Assembly (NCBI GenBank): GCA_017654855.1
Contig: CM030333.1
Location: forward strand, 2,852,001-2,916,000
Origin: Podospora anserina
Lineage: Eukaryota
Direction of reading: 5' to 3'
DNA: 64,000 bases
Shown here: piece after piece, positions 11,856-25,066 of the stretch
Numbering within the stretch: the stretch's first letter is position 1
How the letters are laid out: each line of letters opens with the position of its first letter
Made by a program: the position numbers and the translations under genes
The notes under the pieces: generated by a model
The model's database searches: none
Seen by the model: only the letters and a program-made list of their open reading frames with translations
What the model was told of the DNA's origin: nothing

Positions 11856-13580
11856 TTCTGTGATGTTAACGTCAAGACCTGGGATGTCCTTCAACTTGAG
11901 CAAGGAAAAACCTCAGCAGAAGAACTTGATCGAGAGACAGTCCTCCTTATACCTGGATCTTCCTCAGTCCAAGTTGATCCATGTCCAGGAATTGCTGTCA
12001 TTCCCAGTGTCAATCACAGATCAAAACAGGTCAAGTCCATATTTTGAGACAGTTCGAGAGAGTTGATTGGCCAAGTCACTTCCTAACGGAGTAGCTCTGT
12101 CCGCGGTCGTCAACGCTGTGTTAATCACCGACAAGTAGTCTGAACGGCTTACAGCCAGCACCTGACATGTTGGGACGCGGCGCTTGGGTGGCCGTCATTG
12201 GAGGGATTTCTTGGATACCGGGTAGCCTCGTTCCCTTCACCAGCCGCAACCGCCACACCCTTGGTGGCGGCCTTGGCCATATCACGATACGCTTGGCAAG
12301 AATCTAGTGGTGAGAGGTATGTGTAGTCAAGAGGTGCTCTGGTCATAAGAGGACCACCGATATCGAAACTCAGAAAAGAAGTCACCGAGCAATATTGTCA
12401 TCCTGATGAAGATATCTTGTCCTGGCACGCTGATGAAATTGAACGCCGGGACGGTGGTCGTTAGCTGAGACCACTTTCGGTCAAAACCATCAGTCTTTAT
12501 GATATCATCATCTCAAGGTCTTCAACAATCCGTCAAGGCCATAATGAAACACACAATGAGCTAGCAAGCCGTTGTACCGTCTACTATAATCGCCGGTCAG
12601 CGTTCAAACTTGTCAGGAGATGTCAACCCCAGCTTGTGCTACACCAGATGATGGCTACAAATCGCGCATATAGGTACTCGTCGTTGGCCCGAAAAAAACG
12701 TACCAAACATGCACCTTCACCCCCCTCTCAACTTCTCGAAGATTGGAAAACGGGCCGGCCTGATGCCAGACTGGCGCGTGGATGGTTCGTGGAACGCTGA
12801 AGATGCACGGCGCCAAGACTTCAAGTTGGCGGACACATTGATCCACACTTGACGTGCTGTGGGGCCATGTCTCCACCTTCCCCATCCCCGCAATCTTTCG
12901 TCTTGAACCAAACAGAGGGCGGCGTCGACATGCAGCCAAGCTCGCACAAAGCATCTTCAACATGGAGCTCGTGATGGAGACTCATCCGTGATCCTTCCTC
13001 GGGATGGATGGAGTGAACCCCACGGCAACCCACCTCGTAAACCCGTCGCATCCGACCCGAGGATGAAGCATGAGATGCCGCCGGGTATTCTGCCAGCCAT
13101 AAGACGGTTGATGGCAATCACGGAACACGCATCGGGACATCAAATCGACCCCTCATCAAGGGCGGGGTAGCACACGCCCCCCCTAAGAGGCACCGTGCAG
13201 TGCAGGAAGCAGGGACAGATGGAGTGGAGAGGAACTGAAAGGGATGTTTAATACCAATGACCCCTCTGCCTGCCCTCCACTGCCCTGTGGGACAAGAGAA
13301 ATCTCTTTCCTTCCACTCAATTCATTGTTTTGACAGCAGACGACCAAGTGCTGCTGATGTTGCGCAAGCACGACAGACAGGACCGTGAGACTCCTCCAAC
13401 AAAGCCTCCGTCCCACACCCAGTCGTCCACGTCGTCCTCCCCTCATTGCGCCTGCTCCGCCGACCTCGCTACCTACCTTTGGTGTCATTGTTGTCAGAAG
13501 CCAACCTGCCCTGAATGTGAACAAATGACCCAAAGATCCTCGATCTGCCTCGATAGCGTAACGGGTCGCGCGCAGACATA

Positions 13581-16500
13581 ATGTCGAGGTCCTTGCTCCA
13601 GCCGGCGCTGGCTTGCAACACCGCGTCTTGCATGCCTCGTCCCTACCAACACTCGCGCCCCGTTGAACGCGCCTCTAGGCCGTCATTGACAGCAGTAGCT
13701 CGTGTTTTCGGTGAGCCGCCACGCTAGACCCCCACGCCCAACCCTTGAAGTTTGTTCCTTTTCATTTTTGTGAGCCATTTGAACCTAATTCGACCTGACA
13801 GACTTCGCCCCAGTCCGCGCTGGCAATGGCAGCACCGCCGTGATCTCACAAAAGGCGTGGCACAGCACGAGAACTGCCGGAAGTGATCGGCCGAGTTCGG
13901 CCTCGTTGAGTCTTGCTCTCCCGAAGGCTCAACCGCTCCAGCTCGTCCGCCATGCCTCCGTTTTGTCCGGCATCCCGGCTAAGCCGTCGGCAAGGAGCCC
14001 AATGGCAGCGTACTCCACCGAGGCAACGGCAGTTCTGCCGCCGACCACCCCGTACTCCAAGCTGACTGTGGGAGTGCCCCGCGAAATATACCCAAACGAG
14101 CGCCGTGTGGCTCTCACCCCTCAGAATGTTGCCCTCCTGCTCAAGAAGGGCTTCTCCCAGGTTCTTGTTGAGAAAGGTGCTGGTGCCGAAGCCGATTTCC
14201 TGGACGATGCCTATGCCGCCGCCGGTGCTACCTTGGTTGACGATGCTTCTGCTGTCTGGAAAGGTTCAGACGTTGTGCTCAAGGTCCGAGGGCCAAGTGC
14301 GGAGGAGGTTGATCTGACACGAGAAGACCAGACCGTTATCAGCTTCCTTCAACCGGCCCAGAACAAGGCACTCGTGGAGAAACTCGCGGCTCGCAAAGCC
14401 ACCTCATTCGCTATGGATCTTATTCCCCGTATTTCTCGAGCTCAGGTCTTTGACGCCCTCAGCAGCATGGCCAACATTGCTGGGTACAAGGCGGTGCTCG
14501 AAGCATCCAACAACTTTGGTCGTTTCTTAACTGGTCAGGTCACTGCTGCTGGTAAAATCCCGCCCTGTAAGGTTCTCGTCATTGGTGCCGGTGTTGCTGG
14601 CTTGAGCGCAATTGCAACTGCAAGGAGACTCGGTGCAATCGTTCGTGGATTCGACACTCGGCCTGCTGCAAGAGAACAGGTTCAGTCGCTTGGCGCCGAG
14701 TTCATCGAAGTTGAGATCGAAGAAGATGGCTCTGGTGCAGGCGGTTACGCCAAAGAGATGTCGAAAGAGTTCATCGAGGCCGAGATGAAGCTTTTTACCG
14801 AGCAAGCCCGTGAAGTGGACATCATCATCACCACCGCCCTGATTCCTGGAAGACCTGCGCCCAAACTCATCACCAAAGCCATGATTGAGATCATGAAGCC
14901 TGGATCTGTTATTGTCGATCTTGCTGCTGAGGCTGGTGGAAACTGCGAAAAGACCGAACCCGGAAAGCTGATTACCTACAAGGATGTCAAGATCATTGGT
15001 AAGTCGTGGCACGGGAGCAGTACCCGAGGTTGCTCGTGACTAAAGTAAGATAGGTTACACCGACTTCCCCTCTAGGCTACCGACCCAATCTTCAACTCTG
15101 TACTCGAACAATATCACCAAATTCTTCCTGTCCATGGCACCGAAGGATAAGGAATTTGGCATCGATCTGAAAGACGAAGTCGTACGCGGCGCTATTGTGA
15201 CACAAGAAGGCCATATTCTTCCGCCAGCACCCCGACCAGCACCTCCCCCTGCTCCCGCCGCTGCCTCGACTGCCGCAAAAGAAACTGAAGTCGTAGCACT
15301 TACACCATGGCAAAAGGCAACTCGTGAGGTTTCTCTGATCACTGGTGGTATGGGCTCGGCTGTCGCATTGGGCAAGTTCACTACTCCCTTGTTTATGGGC
15401 AACGCCTTTACCTTTGCTTTGGCCTCTCTCATCGGATACCGTGTTGTCTGGAACGTCGCTCCTGCCTTGCATTCACCTCTCATGAGTGTGACCAACGCCA
15501 TCTCTGGAATGGTCGGCGTTGGTGGTTTGTTCATTCTCGGTGGAGGATACTTGCCTGAAACGATCCCTCAAGTCTTTGGTGCCGCCTCTGTCCTGCTCGC
15601 TTTCGTCAACATTGGTGGTGGGTTCGTCATCACAAAGCGCATGCTCGACATGTTCCGCCGTGCTACTGATCCTCCCGAGTACCCGTGGCTTTATGGAATC
15701 CCGGCCCTCGTGTTTGGAGGTGGCTTCATCGCTGCGGCCTCGAGCGGAGCTGCAGGCCTTGTTCAAGCTGGCTATCTTGTGAGCTCGATCCTTTGCATCA
15801 CCTCTATTTCGGGTCTTGCATCGCAAGCAACTGCCCGTATGGGAAATATGCTGGGTATTTTGGGCGTCGTGTCCGGTGTTCTCGCTTCCTTGTTGGCAGT
15901 CGGCTTCACCCCTGAAGTTCTCACTCAGTTTGGTGGTCTTGCTACGATCGGAACAATCTTGGGCTTCCTCATCGGCAAGCGCATCACCCCTACCGATCTT
16001 CCTCAGACTGTCGCTGCCCTGCATTCCGTGGTCGGCCTTGCTGCCGTCTTGACCAGTATCGGAAGCGTTATGGCTGATGTCACTGACCTCTCGATGCTTC
16101 ACATGGTAACTGGCTATCTTGGCGTCCTCATCGGCGGTATCACCTTCACCGGATCGATTGTTGCCTTCATGAAGCTTGCCGGTAAGATGTCCTCTAAGCC
16201 GCTTCGGCTGCCAGGTCGTCATGCCGTCAACGCCGGTCTACTCAGTGCGAATGTGGTCACCATGGGCACGTTTGTCACCATGGCTCCTGGCGCCCCTCTG
16301 ATTGCCGCCGGTGCCCTTGCTGCCAACACCGTACTCTCGTTCATCAAGGGTTACACCACAACTGCAGCCATTGGTGGTGCCGATATGCCTGTGGTCATTA
16401 CCGTCCTCAACGCATACAGCGGCTTTGCGCTGGTCGCCGAGGGCTTCATGCTGAACAACCCTCTCTTGACCACAGTTGGAGCACTCATTGGCGTCTCCGG

Positions 16501-17252
16501 TTCCATTCTTTCTTATGTCATGTGTGTTGCTATGAACCGTTCACTTGTCAACGTTCTGTTCGGAGGAATCTCGGCGCCCACCACCAGTGACTACAAGATT
16601 GAAGGGAGTGTGACACAGACCAATGTCGAAGAGACAGCTGACGCCCTCACCAATGCCGAGTCCGTCATCATTGTTGTTGGGTATGGCATGGCTGTTGCCA
16701 AGGCGCAATATGCTATCTCGGATATCACCCAAATGCTTCGGTCCAAGGGCATCAAGGTCCGCTTCGCCATTCACCCCGTTGCTGGTCGCATGCCGGGCCA
16801 GTGCAACGTCTTGCTTGCTGAAGCCAGCGTTCCGTACGATATCGTGCTGGAAATGGATGAGATCAATGACGACTTTGGAGAGACGGATGTAACCCTTGTT
16901 ATTGGTGCCAATGATACAGTCAACCCGATTGCTTTGGAGCCTGGTAGTCCGATTGCTGGAATGCCCGTCTTGCATGCGTGGAAGAGCAAGCAGGTGATTG
17001 TCATGAAGAGAGGGTTGGCTAGTGGATACGGTGAGTTTGATGGGACTCTTCTGTGGCTGGGCCCGATGACTGACGATTGTTAGCTGATGTCCCCAACCCG
17101 ATGTTCTACATGCCCGGCACGAGAATGCTGTTTGGCGATGCTCGTGTGACCACTGAAGGTACGACCCTCTCTTATTGCTCCATAATCCAATCGCTGACAA
17201 AATCTTGCTACATCTAGCCATCAAGGCAGCTATCGAAACTCGCTTCAAATAA
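13581..17252 (+). CDS. NNT: Mitochondrial NAD(P) transhydrogenase (single chain)
   Basis: Domain I ([37 protein letters not shown]), TM domain II ([16 protein letters not shown]) and domain III ([29 protein letters not shown]). Introns near 13711-13801, 14999-15053, 17031-17083 and 17159-17217; basic presequence. Confidence 0.96.
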
Positions 17253-17968
17253 AAGGAGGGAAAGAAAGAGGGTCGTTTTCTGCGCTGCTTTTGACTTTTC
17301 TTGCCTAAAAAGATACGCCTTCATTGCCCGTATATACGTCCTGCAACAACCCTTTTTCCTTATAACCTTTGCCTTGTCTTCAGAATTGGGAATTTTGCTT
17401 TGCTGATAGAGCAAGAGAGCTGTCGATCTCTTTGAGGTGTTGCATTTGCATGCATATGCGTTGGTCTGTTAGACATGTATGCGAGAGAGTGAAGTAGAGG
17501 AGATGACAAGGAAGACGTCCGTATCTGATTTTTTAATCAATGCTATTTTGACAAAGCAGCATGGCTCGATATGCGACATTTAAAAGAGAAACAAACAAGG
17601 CTGGGGACAAGTGCCTCCCAGGCGCGACTTAGACCCAATAAGTTGGGTAGGCTGCGTGACTGCCACAACCTGAGTGTAAAGGACTTTGTTGGGGAAGGAG
17701 CAGTCGGTCTTGTGGAGGGAAGGAGCACTCGGTCTCGGAGACAAGGATGTGCCCCCACTGGAATAACCAGCGGGAGCACAGAAAATAGCGACTACAAAGC
17801 CAGCAGCTTAGGCTTTTTTTTCTTCTCTTACTCTTCGGCTAGCAGCATGCTCATCGACCCTTCAACCACCAGGCTTTTGAAAAGGCATCGCAGTTTCTCT
17901 CTCTCTGCCTGACTTTCCCTTTCCCTCACCACTATGTCCCCATTTTACCGAGACCCACTGACGACACG

Positions 17969-18850
17969 ATGCCGCCCAAGAGAAAGCGCGCTGAGGAGGA
18001 GCAGGATGCTGTCGAGGGCCATTCCACCGATTCGACGTCTGGAGACATCTTTTCGACTTCCTGTCACACCCTTTCGACTCCCCATGAAGACGTTCCAACT
18101 CCCCATGAAGACGATCCAACTCCCCATGAAGACGTTCCAGCTCCCCATGAAGACGTTCCAACTCCCCATAGTATCCTTTCGGCTGGTCACACAAATTCAG
18201 TCGCCGACATCCTCTCGACTGATGGTGCCCTCTCGACTCCTCTGAATACCACTTTCAGCCTTCGCAAGCTCCCCATCGAACTTCGCTTCCTCGTCTACCA
18301 CCATACCTGGGAGCCTCGTGAGGTGACCATCCGTAAGCCAGGTTTCAAGAACAACTTACCCGCGACGCTATTCGTCGACAAGGAAAGTCGTCATGAGACC
18401 TTGAGACATTACCATCTGTATATTACCAAGTACATTTCCCAAGTGGGACGCATGTATGGCTATATCAATCCCAATCTGGACACACTCCATGTCCGCATGC
18501 CTCGGACCTTTCCGCCTATGCGTCACCCTCTTGAGATATGTATCCCAACCTTGTTGGAGATTGGAAAGCCGGTCCTGAGTGTTTGCCTGAATCCGGGCAC
18601 AATGGACGAATTGCCGGCCAAGAAATGGCTTTTTGAGAGATCGGGGCTCAGGGGTATCATTGCGGAGGTGGATATTGCTGCAACTCGTCCACCTCGTGGT
18701 CCTAGGTACGCTACGATATAACCAAGATCTAATAGCATTGATTTTTTTTTCTTGCAAAGATTACACCCTCGGTTGATTGAACGGTGGTTGCGGATGGCTT
18801 GTCTCTTGATCAGGGCCTACGGCTGGTTTCAGGTAACAGAGTTTGAGTGA
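17969..18850 (+). CDS. 2EXR-domain-like hypothetical protein with N-terminal heptapeptide repeats
   Basis: FSLRKLPIELRFLVYHHTWEPREV..LPATLFVDKESRHETLRHY..YINPNLDTL pattern; N-terminal PPKRKR. The end is either TAA 18721 or, via a putative intron at about 18706-18759, TGA 18850. Confidence 0.7.
18077..18169 (+). repeat. 21-bp tandem repeat, 4.4 copies (ACTCCCCATGAAGACGTTCCA), encoding TPHEDVP
   Basis: Units at 18077, 18098, 18119 and 18140 plus a partial unit at 18161, each with at most one mismatch. Confidence 0.95.
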
Positions 18851-19829
18851 TGAATCAATCGATGCGAAAGAGCAAAAGAACAACGAACAACTGTGCTCAC
18901 CAAGAAGTCTTCTAATACGTTGACTAAAAGTCGATCGGCTCTCCCAACAAAACAGGCTGACTTTGTATTTTTCTCAATTCTCACATTAAACTTTCCAGTC
19001 TTTAAGCGTCTCAGTGATGAGAAGGCATCATAATCGACCTACCAAGCCTGGATCTGGATATTGTTCCATAACAGCCATGAATGGATGGTTACGGCGATGG
19101 ATCAAAGTAGGTATACTATGGAACGAGGGATTGATGTAGTATTTTTTGAGCAGACTACAAGGGCGTTGTTTAATGACTGCATATTGGTCAAGTTGGTAGC
19201 AGGCCTATGGTAGGCTGGGTAGAGTGGAAGCTGAATTATGTGCTCTTTGGGTGTGTTAGTGGTTATGGGATGCCCCATTTGAGAGCTCTTTAATTGGTCA
19301 AAAGGCTTGTAGTGTAAATACATGCTTCACATCAATTGTCCGGGTTTTTAATATCAATGTGTGAAATTCTCAGAGGCCTCGATCTAAGAAAATGCATCCC
19401 TACTGCCCCCTTATTTGCCCAACTGTGCATGCCATGTGCTCTCAATTACCTTTTGCATTATTATGCGATTAGCAAACCAAACTTTGTGCTCTTTCACGAC
19501 ATTTTCGTTTTCCCGCTCCACTTCCTTTCCCTTTCCCTCTATCCTCCTTTTCAAGCAAGGTGACGAGCATAGCCTAGAAAGAAAGAATGGGGCAGATACC
19601 AAAGCAAGAGATGGAGAAAGGCCCCATACCGAACAATTTCCAATTGGGGGCAAAGAATCGACTATACCCAAACCGAGTAGTACCACAAGAACAAACAGGC
19701 TGCTTCTGTGAAGTACGTGGGAAGGCGCCGAGCATATCAAACCTAGACAGGGGTCTATTCACCAGGGAAAAATTTGTATGTACATTTGTCATGCGCTCGT
19801 GGCGACTCTTTCTCCCAGCCAGCCTTGCT

Positions 19830-20623
19830 TTACCTAGGGGCGGCCACGGGCTGCCATGACTGGATCTTGGGCTTTGTTCTGAGATAATATCAGTTTTCTG
19901 CGATATGATGGAAATGATAATGAACAAAGAAAGCTCCTTACGTGCTATATGTCTTGAACGCAGCTCTAGTAAAGGTCCTGTTAGGGATGTGCTCGGTGTT
20001 GGCCCAAGGGCGGTTGGCAATGCCGGTGGCGGTGGTGATGGGGTCCTTGTTGGGAGGAGTGTCGACAGAGTAGGAGATCCAGGCGTGCCACAAGGGCTCA
20101 ATCTGGCCACTGTCGCAGAGCAAGTTAGACTGATGTTGCGATGGGACCATTAGCGAAACCTACGCATCGTAGTCGTGCTTGGCATAGTCAACCCATCTGG
20201 AGCGGACTGCTCAAGTTGATCAGCACTTCAACCAATGTATATGCCGGAGATAGAAGCCTAGAACATACGGGGAAGTTCATCCATGTTCTCGTAGAACTTG
20301 TTGCCGAACTTGTCGACACCCACAAGAGTACCGGCCTTGGTGTCACCTGCAGACTACGTCAGTCTCCTCCCATCCTTCCGCCCTCCATCGTCCATGTGCT
20401 TCGAGGCGTACCGATGTACTATTCGTCGGGGGTCGAGGCTATGTTAGCTGTGGCTGAGTAGGCGGGGGACTCGAGGAGGGGACGAACGTTGAGTTGATGC
20501 CAGTATTCCTAGAGTTTGCGCCTGAGGTTAGCTACTGTATTCAGGTGTCTCACGGGTATTGGAGGAGCAAACCTTGAAGCCAATCTTGCGCAGATTGCCG
20601 AGGGTTCTGGAGAGGTAGGACAT
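19830..20623 (-). CDS. NDUFA12: NADH:ubiquinone oxidoreductase subunit NDUFA12 (B17.2/N7BM), 7 exons
   Basis: Spliced product MSYLSRTLGNLRKIGFK|EYWHQLN|YIG|DTKAGTLVGVDKFGNKFYENMDELP|LRSRWVDYAKHDYDA|GQIEPLWHAWISYSVDTPP..AFKTYST|TKPKIQSWQPVAAPR*; all introns GT..AG. Confidence 0.92.
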
Positions 20624-20982
20624 GATGGGCAAAGGCGAGCGCGGGCCAATTGACCTTGGCTGGATGTGGTGATGGTATCAGTTGAGGATTGCGGTCGTTG
20701 CGGCCAAGCCCAGGCAAGATGGGAGCTCGCTGCCGAACTGACGCCAGTGGGCGGGATTGTGGACCGGCGACTCCCGAGCCAATGGGAGAGCTCCAATTAC
20801 CCCCTGCCGCCAAGCCCCGCGTTCCCTGCGTCAGTGCTCTTTTTCGAGATTGTCAACGGTTCCAGGTTGCACCCTATGAACCTATGGACTACATAGCTAT
20901 CAGCTCTTTGATCTTCACCCTCTTCCGAACCGCCGTCGATATCACCACCTTTCTTCTCTCCAGTCCCCAGCGCTTCTCGGCT

Positions 20983-22699
20983 ATGCTGACCAGGACTGCC
21001 TCACGATGTTCGACTAAGCTTCGGGCCGCCCTCCGACAGCCATCCCTCCGGGTTGCTAAACAACCACCACAATGCCGACGATTCTCGATGCCCACAGCAA
21101 ACGCCACTCCCGGCGCGCAGTCCGCTGCCACTTCCAGTGCCGGAATGCTGTCCCCGTTTGTCAGCGAGCTTGACAAGATTGCCCCATCATTCAGGATCAA
21201 CGGATCGCAAATTCGGGTTCTCCAATCGCCAACCGAGTTCTACGAAACCCTCAAGGTTGTCTAGCCCCGCCGCCCTCTAGCAGTCGTTGGGCTCTGACTC
21301 GGAAACAGGACAAGATTCGCAATGCGGAAAGACGCATCTTCCTGTCGACACTGTACATTGGGAAGTCTGAGAAGGAACTGGTAGGTCTTTGTAGCTTGGA
21401 TCGAGCTTTGCCCTGTCAGTATCTGACAAGTCCAAGATCACTACACTCCAAGAGGCGCTGCGCTCCAAGCCGAACCTCAAACTCAGCATCCTTACCGACG
21501 CCCTGAGAGGCACACGCGAAGCCCCTGATCCATCATGCGCATCACTTCTGGCCCCATTGGTCGAGGAATTCGGCCCAGATCGCGTTGAGATCCGCATGTA
21601 CCACACACCGAATCTCACAGGATTCAGAAAGAAGCACATCCCGAAGAGAATAAACGAAGGATGGGGTCTACAACACATGAAGCTGTACGGCTTTGACGAC
21701 GAGATCATGATGACCGGCGCCAACCTGTCCAACGACTACTTCACCGACAGGCAAGATCGCTATCACCTGTTTTCGTCCAGGGACATCACGGAATACTTTT
21801 CCAATTTGCATGATGCCGTATCGTCACTCAGCTTTCGCATCGACCCATCCGACGCCCCTTCCGGCTTCGACATGGTGTGGCCCAAGGACAACGCCGCCCC
21901 ATCCCCTCTGGAAGATCACAAGCAGTTTGTCAGAGAATCAACAGGATTGCTGGCAGGTCTCATCTCACCCAAGACTGCGCCGCTGACCGCCAATGACTCC
22001 ACGCCATTGGAAAAGCGGGATACATCTGTTTACATGCTCGCCCAGTTCTCGCAATTACTGTCGCCAGACACATCGACAGAACTCCCGGCCATCACGCATA
22101 TTTTGAGCACCCTCGCCGCCCCACAATATTCCAAGTCATCTTGGACATTTACCGCAGGATACTTTAACCCTGCCCCATCGCTGACCAAGCTCCTTCTGTC
22201 AACCGCATCGCAAAATAATACTGTTATTACAGCTTCACCGTATGCCAACGGCTTCTACAAGTCTCCCGGCGTCTCAGGACTGCTACCAGATGCGTACACA
22301 CTGCTTGCCCGGCGCTTTGTGCGCGCAGTTCATGAGAAGAAGCTGGACGCATCTACGGTAATGAAAGAGTGGAGGAAGGGCACGGTTGGCGAGCCTGGAG
22401 CTTGGACGTATCACGCAAAGGGTTTGTGGGTGACTCTACCAGACAACAATGGTCCATCCATAAGTCTGATCGGTAGCTCCAACTACACTAAGAGAAGCTA
22501 CTCGCTGGACCTGGAAGCCAACGCTCTCATCGTGACGGAGAATGAGAGTCTGAAGAAACAACTGGCCAACGAGCAAAATTGGCTGCAAGAAAATACCACG
22601 GTGGTCACCCGAGAGGACTATGCCAAGACTGAGCGCCGCGTCGGTCTCAAGGTGCGCATTGCGATGTTGATCGTGCGGCTTGTGGGAGGTGCTTTGTAA
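20983..22699 (+). CDS. PGS1: CDP-diacylglycerol--glycerol-3-phosphate 3-phosphatidyltransferase (PGP synthase)
   Basis: Mitochondrial presequence, RRIFLSTLYIGKSE, ILTDALRGTR, PLD-type motifs LQHMKLYGFDD and WTYHAKG..GSSNYTKRSYSLDLE; two introns at about 21256-21308 and 21381-21436. Confidence 0.95.
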
Positions 22700-25066
22700 G
22701 GAACTGGTCTGGTGGAGACTTGATGTGTAGGACTGGTGTAAGAATAGGAGAGGCAAACGATACCCAAGAATACGGATAGAAGGATACTTCAGCATCACAG
22801 TTCAGATGTCAGCTGTTTGGACGGATGGAAGTTTTATGTTTTGTTCAATGCTGAGCGAGTGTGCCCATCAGACTCGAGAGTCTCTGTCGTCACGCCGGAC
22901 GATGGGGTATGTATGCAAAAGTCACCACATCTTCGATCCTCCCGCCCCGATTTCCGACATCAAAATGCGCTGCAATGCAAACCTGAAAAGCAGACAACCG
23001 ATAAACGCCGTTCCCTAATACTGATTCGCATCTAAATCATCCCGGACATGACAAACATCCCCATTTTTGTTGGAAAATGCAAAGACAAAAAAGATCGTCT
23101 CCCGAAACGCCCCCCCCTGTAAGTCTCATGCAGTCCCCATTTTAAAGAACGCCGGAAAAGTCCACCACAATGGCATTGCGCCACTGAGATGATTTTTTGG
23201 AGGATGCTGTTAACAAGTCGAAGCTTTTGGGACCGATCGTGGGGGGTCCGGCCCGACAGCTTGGGCCCTGCTGACCTGACTGGGCCGCCACGCTACATCT
23301 CCCGAACCAACCCCCACCACAAGCGTTCCAGCGGTAGCTTCAGATAATCTTCGGTCTATCTGGTGGTTGTCGTTCATCCTCACAAGTCGATCGGCATCCT
23401 GATCTTGGCGTTCGTCGTCCATGATCTTCTCCTGCTTTTGACGAGGGGGAGCGCTCGCTGGATGACTCTGATGAAAGAGCGGGAGAGGCTCCGCTTGAGG
23501 GGGACGGCTTGCATCATGGTGGTTTTGTTGTAGATATGGTTGGAAGGAATAGGTCGGCCAGCGAGGTATGGAGTCTCCACCGGAGAGATGAGGAAGAGGA
23601 GGGGATATGGCAGCTCCTGCTGGACCACTTTTGGTTCTCAGTTTTGAAAGTTGATGATCGACATGATCAGAGGTGGTCGCCAGGACAAGAGACGAGGAGG
23701 TCGTCGAGTCTTAAGTGGTGAGTGTGGTGGTGGTAGTGTTGTTGTTGTTGGCGGATCGGAGTACCGGCGAACGACCCATTCACCTGTTTCCCAAGCAAAG
23801 AGGAGGAGGAAGAGCACCGCTAAAATTAGGGCCCTGTCGCGGGTGGCGTAGTCTGTTGCGTCCGCGCCCCTTTTCTTGGTTGTTTCGTTTTGCGGGATGT
23901 CAACGCAGAGATAAAGGTGCTGCGCCGCTGGCGTGCTGTACCCACAAGACCCAGCGATGGATATGAAACGGTTTCGACTGTGCAATTTTGTAGTTCAGCC
24001 ACAAAGGTTGTTCTGGGTTGGGGTGAAAGGTCCTAGATAGGGCTAGGGATCTCAAGGTATTGCTGGTGGGCTTGAGGCACAGGGGAGCTATGGCCCTTGA
24101 TGAGGTCTGCGGGATCACGCAAGAGGGGGCGCGTTGATATGCAACCTTGTTGCCCTTGCCAGTGCGGTAGTGGAACGGCTCGCATTTAAGATATGAGACA
24201 TGTTCGGAGTTTTAACTTTTGGAGTTTCTTATCAGGGCCATTCTCGCGGGCCGAAGCTTTTGGTGGATGACAGACCACCGTTATCACCGATGGGCTGTCG
24301 CGGGTCCGAGCCATTTTCCAACCTCTTCCCTTCCCCGACTCGAACATCTGAGGGTTGGTCAAGATCGGGGATCTGGGAAGCCAAGTAGACCAATGTGTGT
24401 ATGAGCGGCTTCTGCTCGAGCTCAGACGCTTGAGCTTCCAACGCGTCGACGTCCCAACGCCCCCGGACTAGCCCTGAGTCAAGAAACGTGACTTCGGGGC
24501 TGGCGGCCCAGACGGCGAAGGACCCGCATGAGGGCGGGATATAAATGTCAGCATGTTCTCGATATCAGTCCTTGAATTACTCACAGAATACCACCTCTCA
24601 CACAACAGCATTACCGTGCCTGCCAACCACAACATTCTTCCACAGCTTCGTGCTGGTGAATGTGCACCTGAATATCGTCAACGTAGAAGAAGATGATTGC
24701 TTATTCTCCTACAACCAGAGCCAAGATTGCTCGTCTTGTATCAGTTATGGCAAAACATGTCATCATCTTCTTTTACGTGGACGATATTCCTGTGCCCATT
24801 CACCAGATACGGACGTTGCCTCGGTATATCGTCGTCTTGTACCATGGTTCTGTGACCTGGGATTGGGCAGATCAGTTTCTACACGGTTGTCGACATCACA
24901 CTCAAGATCCTTCATGAAGCCCAGGAAGATGCTTCACTTGTGTAAAGTCCCTTGCAAGGCATGTGATCAATACATATCCCTACTTCTAATCACACTTAAC
25001 TGTGTTGTAAATATATATCTAAAATCTAGGTAGTTATATGCATCCATCTACAATTACACAACCCCC

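Noticed and set aside
12149..13533. Short ORFs between AA9 and NNT
   Set aside because: No recognisable protein features; divergent promoter region.
15473..17248. Long antisense ORFs over NNT, and similar ones over GT31, stcW and stcN
   Set aside because: Shadow frames produced by codon bias of the real genes.
18077..18169. Direct repeats as a CRISPR array
   Set aside because: No spacers, in-frame coding minisatellite, eukaryotic context.
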